Origin: Planctomycetota bacterium
GTDB lineage: Bacteria; Planctomycetota; PLA2; JAEUHO01
NCBI GenBank assembly: GCA_050248855.1
Contig: JBFWRP010000012.1
Coordinates: forward strand, 61,156 to 125,155
Length of the DNA stretch: 64,000 nucleotides
Direction: 5' to 3'
Shown: piece after piece, positions 57,916 to 64,000 of the stretch
How the letters are laid out: each line of letters begins with the position of its first letter
Numbering within the stretch: the first letter of the stretch is position 1
The notes under the pieces: generated by a model
The model's input: only the letters and a program-made list of their open reading frames with translations
Told to the model about the DNA's origin: nothing
Databases searched by the model: none
Program-made: the position numbers and the translations under genes

Positions 57916-59868
57916 TCAGCGGCTGGAGGAGATGGCCGCGAGAGCGTCGGGGTTCTCGATGGAGGCCGTATCGCCGGTGGGCTGACCGAGCCAGGCCCGG
58001 CGGATGGCGCCCCGCACGATCTTGGCCGAGCGCGTCTTGGGCAGTGCATCGACGAAGCGGACGGCCTTGGGGCGCAACGTCTTGCCCAGGTGATCGACGA
58101 CGGCGTCGGAGAGGACTTGGCGCAACGCTTCGGACTCGGTGACACCGGGTTTGACCACCACGAACACGACGATGTCCTCGCCCTTGAGCGCATCGGGCAC
58201 GCCCACGGCCGCGGCTTCGCTCGCCTCGGCCACGGCGACGACGGCGGCCTCGACCTCGGCGGGGCCGATGCGCTTCCCCGCCACGTTGACCGTGTCGTCG
58301 CTACGCCCCTGGAGGAACCAGAAGCCGTCCTCGTCCACGTACGCCCAGTCGCCGTGGTACCAGACGTCCCTCCCGAAGCGCTCGAAGTAGGTGGCCAGGT
58401 AGCGCTCGCGATCGCCGAGGAAGCCCTTCGTGAGACTCGGCGCGGGCTGCTTGAGGACGAGGTGGCCGACGGCACCGCGCACCGAGCGGCCCTCGTCGTC
58501 GAACACGTCGACGTCCATGCCCAACCCCGGGCCGCGAAGCGTGCACGGCTTCAAGCTCGTCGTGGGGAGCGGCGAAAGATGGCACCCGACCAGCTCGGTG
58601 CCGCCACTGATGTTGATGATCGGGCAGCGCTTGCCACCGACGTGCTCGAAACACCACATCCACGACTCCGGGTCCCACGGTTCGCCCGTGCTCCCGATGA
58701 TGCGCAGCGTGGTGAGATCGTGGCCGCGCGCCAGATCGTCGCCCGCCCGGCGCAGGAGGCGCACCGCGGTGGGGGCCAGTCCCAGGTGCGTAAGGCGATG
58801 GCGCTCCACCATCTCGAAGAGCCGATCGGGCTTGGGGTGGTTGGGGGCGCCCTCGAAGACGTGCACCACGCCACCGAGGGCCGCGACGCCGATCATCTCC
58901 CAGGGGCCCATCATCCAGCCGATGTCGGTGAGCCAGAAGAAGCGGTCACCGGCATGCACGTCGAAGGCGTAGCCGAGCTCTTTCGTCATTTGCGCGAGGC
59001 AACCGGCGTGGGTGTGCACCGTGCCCTTGGGCTTGCCCGTCGTGCCGCTCGTGTAGAGGATCATCGCGGTCGCTTCCGCGTCGAGCTCCTCGGTATCGCA
59101 GTCGGGGAGCAGGGATGCCGTCGCCTCGCGCCAGTCGACGTCGCGACCCGTCGTCCACGGCACGTCCTCGCGCGTGCGACGCAGCACGACCTGGTGGCGA
59201 ACGGTGGGCACCTCGGCCACCGCCGCGTCGGCAGTGGGCTTGATCGGCGCGACCTTCCCCCGGCGGTACCCGCCGTCGGCCGTGAGCAGCGCCACGGCGC
59301 CGGCGTCGCGAAGGCGCACGGCGAGGGCCTCGGCGCCGAACGCCGAGAACACGGGAATCGCCACGGCGCCGATGCGGAAGCACGCGAAGAGCGCCGTGAC
59401 CACCTCGACCACCATGGGCATGTAGATGCCGACGCGGTCGCCGGGGCCCACCCCGAGCGAGCGCAGCAGGGCGGCGAGGCGGCCGACCTCGTCGTCCAGC
59501 TCGCGGTAGGTGAGCGTGCGCACGGTCCCGTCGTCCGCCTCGCCCACGACGGCGGGCTCGTCCACGAGGTCGCCGTCACGGTGACGATCGAGGGTGTTGA
59601 GCACGATGTTGGTGCGGCCGCCGAGGAACCAACGCGTGAAGGGGAAGCCGGCGCTGTCGTCGTAGGTGCGGTCGTAGGGCCGGTACCAGGAGAGGCCCAG
59701 GTGATCGAGGGCCGTGTCCCAGAAGCGCCCGATGTCCTCCACGGACCACGCGTGCAAGGCCTCGAACGACGTCGCACCCACACGGCGCATCAGGCGCGCC
59801 ACGCGCGTGCGCGACGCGGCCTCGGGGTCCGGGCGCCACACGACGCCCGTGGGGATCTGTTCCGTCAT
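57916..59868 (-). CDS. Acetate/acyl-CoA ligase (AMP-forming)
   Basis: YTSGTTGKPKG, STGEPW, SGGTE, GRSDD and LPKTRSAK motifs. Confidence 0.93.
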   Translation of the reverse strand: MTEQIPTGVVWRPDPEAASRTRVARLMRRVGATSFEALHAWSVEDIGRFWDTALDHLGLSWYRPYDRTYDDSAGFPFTRWFLGGRTNIVLNTLDRHRDGDLVDEPAVVGEADDGTVRTLTYRELDDEVGRLAALLRSLGVGPGDRVGIYMPMVVEVVTALFACFRIGAVAIPVFSAFGAEALAVRLRDAGAVALLTADGGYRRGKVAPIKPTADAAVAEVPTVRHQVVLRRTREDVPWTTGRDVDWREATASLLPDCDTEELDAEATAMILYTSGTTGKPKGTVHTHAGCLAQMTKELGYAFDVHAGDRFFWLTDIGWMMGPWEMIGVAALGGVVHVFEGAPNHPKPDRLFEMVERHRLTHLGLAPTAVRLLRRAGDDLARGHDLTTLRIIGSTGEPWDPESWMWCFEHVGGKRCPIINISGGTELVGCHLSPLPTTSLKPCTLRGPGLGMDVDVFDDEGRSVRGAVGHLVLKQPAPSLTKGFLGDRERYLATYFERFGRDVWYHGDWAYVDEDGFWFLQGRSDDTVNVAGKRIGPAEVEAAVVAVAEASEAAAVGVPDALKGEDIVVFVVVKPGVTESEALRQVLSDAVVDHLGKTLRPKAVRFVDALPKTRSAKIVRGAIRRAWLGQPTGDTASIENPDALAAISSSR

Positions 59869-59955
59869 GGCCTCATTGGACAAAGGGCGCGGCGGCGGCG
59901 CCACCCTCCCGCCCTTCGACATCCACGCAGGGCGAGGCCCGTAGACTCCACGGCG

Positions 59956-61299
59956 ATGTCCACGCCCCCCCCCGTGATGCCGCGCGCGGCCGTCCACGTG
60001 GACGGCGTCCATGCCCTTCGCGGCAGCAAGCTGGCCCAGGCGTACGCGGAGGGGCGACGTGCGTTGGCTCGTCAGCTGCCGGGTTGGCGCGAGGACGCCG
60101 CGCGTGGCCTGGCGGGCAGCCTCGCGTTCCTCGTGCCGGGTGGCGGCGAGGGGGTGGCGGCCGCCGTCGAGGCCTACGCGGCGGCGGCGGACCCGCGCGG
60201 CACGCTGGTGGTTGCGGGGATTGGTGGATCTGCGCTCTCCGCCCGCTGCTTCGCCGCCCTGCGCCGACGTCACGTGCGCAGCCAGGAGCTCGTCGTGCTG
60301 GACACGGCGGACCCGGATGTGGTGTCGCGCCTGCCCGCGGCGTGGCATCCGCACGGCACGCGTCTGATCGGCGTGTCCAAGTCGGGGACCACGCTCGAGT
60401 CCATGGCGGTCTTCGAGCTGCTCGAAACGTGGCTGACCAGCGAGCTGGGTGCGGAAGGTGCCCGCGAGGCCATCGCCGTCGTGGCGGGCGAAGGGCCCAA
60501 CCCGCTTCGCGCCCGCGCTGAGCAGGCGGGGTACCCGTGCTTCGACTTGGCGTCGAAGATCGGTGGCCGCTTCTCGGGGCTCACGGCGGTAGGCCTCGTG
60601 CCGGCAGCGCTCTCCGACGTCGACGTGCTCGCTCTCGAGGCCGGGGCCGCCGCAGGGCGCGGGCTGGCCTTGGCCGATAGCGAGGCCAACCCCGCGTTGG
60701 AGCTGGCCGCGCTGCAGCACGCCGCGTGGACCACCGGGCGTACGGTGAACGTGCTCCTGCCCTACGGCGAGCGGCTCGCGCCCTTGGGGCCGTGGTGGAC
60801 GCAGCTCCTCGGCGAGAGCCTGGGCAAGGTGTCGGCCACGGGGCCGGTCGGCCCCGTGCCATTGGCGGCGCGCGGCCCCGCGGACCAACACAGCTTGCTC
60901 CAGCGCTTGCTGGACGGCCCGGACGACACCCTGGTCGTGCTGATCGAGGCGCCGATCGGCCCGCCGCCTGGCGACGAGATCGGCGCGCGGATCCATGCGG
61001 GGCTCGCGCCGATCCAGGCGGCCTGCCTGGAGGGGACGCGACATGCGTTGGCGGCCCGTGGGCGGCCCGTGGTGACCGTGCGTCTCGCGGCGGCCGACGA
61101 GGCGAGCGTGGCGGCGTTCTTCCAGGTGGCCGAGATGGCCGTCGTGGCGTGGGCGCATCTGCTGGGTGTCGATGCGCAGGGCCAGCCCGCCGTCCAAGCG
61201 GGCAAGGACGTGGCCGCCGTGCTGCTGGGCACGCGCGAGGACGCGGCGCTCTCCCAGGCGATTGCCGAGCGTCGTGCGAAGGAACGCGGAGGCGTCTGA
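59956..61299 (+). CDS. pgi: Glucose-6-phosphate isomerase
   Basis: GIGGS, SKSGTT.E, GGRFS, QLLGESLGK, DQHS and QPAVQAGK motifs. Confidence 0.88.
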   Translation: MSTPPPVMPRAAVHVDGVHALRGSKLAQAYAEGRRALARQLPGWREDAARGLAGSLAFLVPGGGEGVAAAVEAYAAAADPRGTLVVAGIGGSALSARCFAALRRRHVRSQELVVLDTADPDVVSRLPAAWHPHGTRLIGVSKSGTTLESMAVFELLETWLTSELGAEGAREAIAVVAGEGPNPLRARAEQAGYPCFDLASKIGGRFSGLTAVGLVPAALSDVDVLALEAGAAAGRGLALADSEANPALELAALQHAAWTTGRTVNVLLPYGERLAPLGPWWTQLLGESLGKVSATGPVGPVPLAARGPADQHSLLQRLLDGPDDTLVVLIEAPIGPPPGDEIGARIHAGLAPIQAACLEGTRHALAARGRPVVTVRLAAADEASVAAFFQVAEMAVVAWAHLLGVDAQGQPAVQAGKDVAAVLLGTREDAALSQAIAERRAKERGGV

Positions 61300-61376
61300 A
61301 CGCCGGGCTCGCACGGTGCAGCCACTCCTCCGTTGGAGGGGGGCCGCGCGCATCGTGACGCGTACGGGCTCGGCTC

Positions 61377-61543
61377 GCTGCGCGCCCAGCGCGAGCCCCC
61401 AGCGCGAGCCCCCGGAGGGGGCTCAAAGGTTAGTGCGGGGGCTCAAAGGTTGCTGCGCGCCCAGCGCGAGCCCCCAGCGCGAGCCCCCGGAGGGGGCTCA
61501 AAGGTTAGTGCGGGGGCTCAAAAGTTAGTGAGGGGGCTCAAAA
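61377..61543. repeat. Tandem 75-bp duplication built from GAGCCCCC/GGGGGCTC sub-repeats
   Basis: 61377-61451 repeated at 61452-61526; GGGGGCTCAAA occurs five times, the last overlapping the ssb stop. Confidence 0.85.
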
Positions 61544-61996
61544 GGGGATGTCGTCCGCGTCGCCGTAGTCGTCCTGCGGCGTCATGTCGCGAGCACCGAC
61601 GCTGGCGGGCGCCGAGCGACGCGACGCGTGTCCGTCGCCGCCACCGCCGGAGTCGCCCCCGTCGTTGCCGCCGTCCAGGAACTGGAACGTCTCGGCGACG
61701 ACGGAGAGCTTGCTGCGGCGCTGGCCGTCGCGCTCCCACGTGTCGAACTTGAGCCGACCCTCGATGAAGATCTGCCGGCCCTTCTTCATGTAGCGATGGA
61801 TGGTCTCGCCGGTGCGGCCCCACGCCTCGACGTCGACGAAGCAGGTCTCCTCGACCTTCTCGTTGTTGTCCCTGCGGATGTAGGTGCGGTTCACGGCGAG
61901 GCCGAACGACACGACGGCCGCGCCACCGGACGTGGAGCGGCTCTCGGGGTCGCGCGTGAGGCGTCCGATGAGGAGGACCTTGTTGAGGTTGGCCAT
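61538..61996 (-). CDS. ssb: Single-stranded DNA-binding protein
   Basis: NKVLLIGRLTRDPE, KKGR.IFIEGRL and DDIPF motifs. Confidence 0.97.
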   Translation of the reverse strand: MANLNKVLLIGRLTRDPESRSTSGGAAVVSFGLAVNRTYIRRDNNEKVEETCFVDVEAWGRTGETIHRYMKKGRQIFIEGRLKFDTWERDGQRRSKLSVVAETFQFLDGGNDGGDSGGGGDGHASRRSAPASVGARDMTPQDDYGDADDIPF

Positions 61997-62259
61997 GTGA
62001 TCTCCTGGCGAGCTGGGGTGGCCGGCGCGGTCGGGTCCGGTCCACCCGTCGGCCCGGACCGGCGAGGCTCGTTTCGACGGCCCGGGAGAGCGAGAGCCTA
62101 GCGGGCGGGGGCCCCAGCCCGCGGAGGCCGTCCATCGGGCGTTTGCCGCGGGGCGCAGGAAGGGAGGGAACTTCTCCCGCGGACCTCCTGCGGCACCGCG
62201 ATAGCCTGCCTCCGTGGGGGGCCACGGCGACCGCGCCCCCCGACCGACGGGAGGCCCCC

Positions 62260-62649
62260 ATGTCCGTCCAGGGAACCGATACCGACCGTGGCGCCGGCAA
62301 TCCGGCGGGCGCGGAGCGCCGGCGGCACACGCGGGTCGAGGCCGGTGGCATCTGCCTCCTCGCCGGGAGCGAGGGGCACCAGACCGCTTTCGAGCTGCTC
62401 GATCTGAGCGAGTCCGGAGCGCGGCTGCGCTGCGAGCGGGGTCTTCCCGCCATGACGCGCGTGGGGGTGATCCTCGTCCTCCCGGCCCAGCGCATCGGCC
62501 AGCCCAAGGACGCGCGCTTGGACATCACCGGCGTCGTCGTCTGGAGCCACGAGGCCGAGACCAAGGTCTTCGACACCGGCGTGTTCTTCCCCGAGCTGGA
62601 CGACGACGCACGCACGGCCCTCAAGGCCTACGTCACCGCGTCCGCTTGA
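62260..62649 (+). CDS. PilZ-domain protein
   Basis: ERRRHTR and DLSESGA c-di-GMP motifs; G.VVW, GVFF. Confidence 0.88.
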   Translation: MSVQGTDTDRGAGNPAGAERRRHTRVEAGGICLLAGSEGHQTAFELLDLSESGARLRCERGLPAMTRVGVILVLPAQRIGQPKDARLDITGVVVWSHEAETKVFDTGVFFPELDDDARTALKAYVTASA

Positions 62650-62655
62650 GGGGGC

Positions 62656-63795
62656 ATGCCGCCTCCCGTGTTCCACGCCGTCGTCGCCACCGTTGCCGGG
62701 CTCGTCGTCGGTTCGTTCTTGAACGTCGTCATCTGGCGGCTGCCCCGCGGCGAGAGCCTCTCGCACCCACCCTCGCGCTGTCCGGGTTGCGGGAAGGCCA
62801 TCCGCTGGTGGCAGAACGTCCCCGTCGTTTCCTGGGTCCTCTTGCGCGGGCGCTGCGCAGGGTGCCGGGTGCGGATCCCCTTCCGCTACCCCTTCGTCGA
62901 GCTGTTGACGGGTGCACTCTTCCTCGCGGCGTGGCTGGCCTGGGGTGAGCACCCCGTCACGGCGGTGCTGGTCGCCGTCCACCTGGCCGCCCTGGTGGCG
63001 GTCACGTTCATCGACGCGGACCACAAGATCATCCCGGACAAGATCTCCAAGCCGGGCCTCGTCGCGGCGCTTGCCGCAGCGCCCTGGATGGCGCTGCCGG
63101 ACCGGCCCAAGCCCCTGGTCCCCGGGGCCAGCCCGGCCCTGGACGCCTGGCTGGTGGCCCTGGCGGGCGCGGCGGTGGGGGCGGGCATCCTGCTGGCCAT
63201 CCGCTGGATCGCGAGCGCCCTGAAGAAGCGCGAGGCGATGGGGCTGGGCGACGTCAAGCTCCTGGCTTGGATCGGGGCCTTGGTCGGCCCCGTCTACGTG
63301 CTCGTGGCCCTGGTCGTGGGCTGCGTCGTAGGCAGCGTGATCGGGCTGTTCATCGTGGTCGTGGCCAAGCTCCGCGCCTTGCCGGCCCGCGTGCGCATCG
63401 AGGTCGGCGACGTGGCCCACGAGGTGACGAGCGTCCGCATCAAGGACGGGCTGCTCGTGGTCGACGGCGGGCCGGCGGTTCCTGCGGACACGCCTGCCAG
63501 GATCCACCTGGTGCTGGACGCCGTGCGCGTGCTCGAGGACGACGACGTCACGATCGACCGCCCCGGCGCCGTCGTCGCGAGCGAGCCGCTCGGCAGCGCG
63601 TCCCGCTGGCGCGTGCGCGTCGACCAGCTGACCGAGAGCGAGGACGAGCACCTGTGGCTGTTCCGCAACTCGGGTCGCTACGTTCCCTTCGGCCCGTTCC
63701 TCGCCCTCGGTGGCGCCGCCTGCCTCCTCGTGCCCGGTTGGGTCTGGTGGCTGATCGTCGAGGCGTACCCCTCGCTCGTCCGTCGCGGGGGGTGA
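62656..63795 (+). CDS. pilD: Prepilin peptidase (A24) with inserted cytoplasmic beta domain
   Basis: GSFLNVVI.RLP, SRCP.C, GRC..C, FID, MGLGDVKL and PFGPFL motifs. Confidence 0.92.
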   Translation: MPPPVFHAVVATVAGLVVGSFLNVVIWRLPRGESLSHPPSRCPGCGKAIRWWQNVPVVSWVLLRGRCAGCRVRIPFRYPFVELLTGALFLAAWLAWGEHPVTAVLVAVHLAALVAVTFIDADHKIIPDKISKPGLVAALAAAPWMALPDRPKPLVPGASPALDAWLVALAGAAVGAGILLAIRWIASALKKREAMGLGDVKLLAWIGALVGPVYVLVALVVGCVVGSVIGLFIVVVAKLRALPARVRIEVGDVAHEVTSVRIKDGLLVVDGGPAVPADTPARIHLVLDAVRVLEDDDVTIDRPGAVVASEPLGSASRWRVRVDQLTESEDEHLWLFRNSGRYVPFGPFLALGGAACLLVPGWVWWLIVEAYPSLVRRGG

Positions 63796-63796
63796 A

Positions 63797-63843
63797 GGTC
63801 TGGTGGGGGAACCGCCCATCGCCCACCAGATCTTGTGTTTTTT
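63797..63843 (+). terminator. Putative intrinsic terminator
   Basis: GGTCTGGTGGG...CCCACCAGATC stem followed by TTGTGTTTTTT right after the pilD stop. Confidence 0.55.
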
Positions 63844-64000
63844 CCGCTTGACCGACCGGCACCCCGTGATCGAATCGCCACAGCGCGTTGTGGCCCGGGG
63901 CGAGGAGGGGCTTGCAGCAGGCGCGTGAGAGGCTCGCTCACGCGATCTCGCCGCGACCCCCGGCCCCAAGAGGACGTGCGAAGAGGTCGCCGTGCCGACT

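Noticed and set aside
2..63969. Many long alternative-frame ORFs (e.g. 2747-5020 +, 14492-16249 +, 28598-30412 +, 44676-46574 -, 62098-63969 -)
   Set aside because: Shadow ORFs expected at high GC; they are Arg/Ala/Gly-rich and overlap genes with clear family motifs

Overview
High-GC bacterial DNA; the gene style suggests Planctomycetota, but that is inference. The window has two halves. (1) Positions 1 to ~36.6 kb are a prophage-like element abutting the 3' end of tRNA-Arg(CCT) (36596-36671, minus strand) and running off the left edge. Its minus-strand backbone encodes two unknown proteins, an HTH/Xis-like protein, a Cas4-like nuclease, Sak4-like ATPase, SSB, RuvC-like resolvase, primase-helicase, DUF2924, HNH, orphan Phd, ParB-methyltransferase, P27-type TerS, TerL, HK97-type portal, three tail-like genes and two lipoproteins. 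No integrase, prohead protease, major capsid, tail tube or tape measure gene is visible. Where those structural genes normally lie there is an opposite-strand four-gene cargo operon (5807-14408). It encodes a secreted ~39-Cys [YFW]PTC-repeat protein with a PEP-CTERM/VPLPA-like C-terminal tail, and two paralogous polytopic membrane proteins with degenerate exo/archaeosortase-like and GATase1/DUF4350-like domains. This is the best candidate for an undescribed system. A second cargo island (20939-24291) encodes a 12-Cys secreted protein, a membrane-anchored helical protein and an UshA-like/tetraheme cytochrome, and is preceded by a 36-30-36 bp repeat-spacer-repeat. (2) Positions ~36.7-64 kb are host core genes (argS, apt, pyrK, an acyl-CoA/MeaB cluster, acs, pgi, ssb, prepilin peptidase), interspersed with a family of ~96-bp TA-flanked hairpin elements. 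All calls come from reading motifs by eye; no database searches were run.
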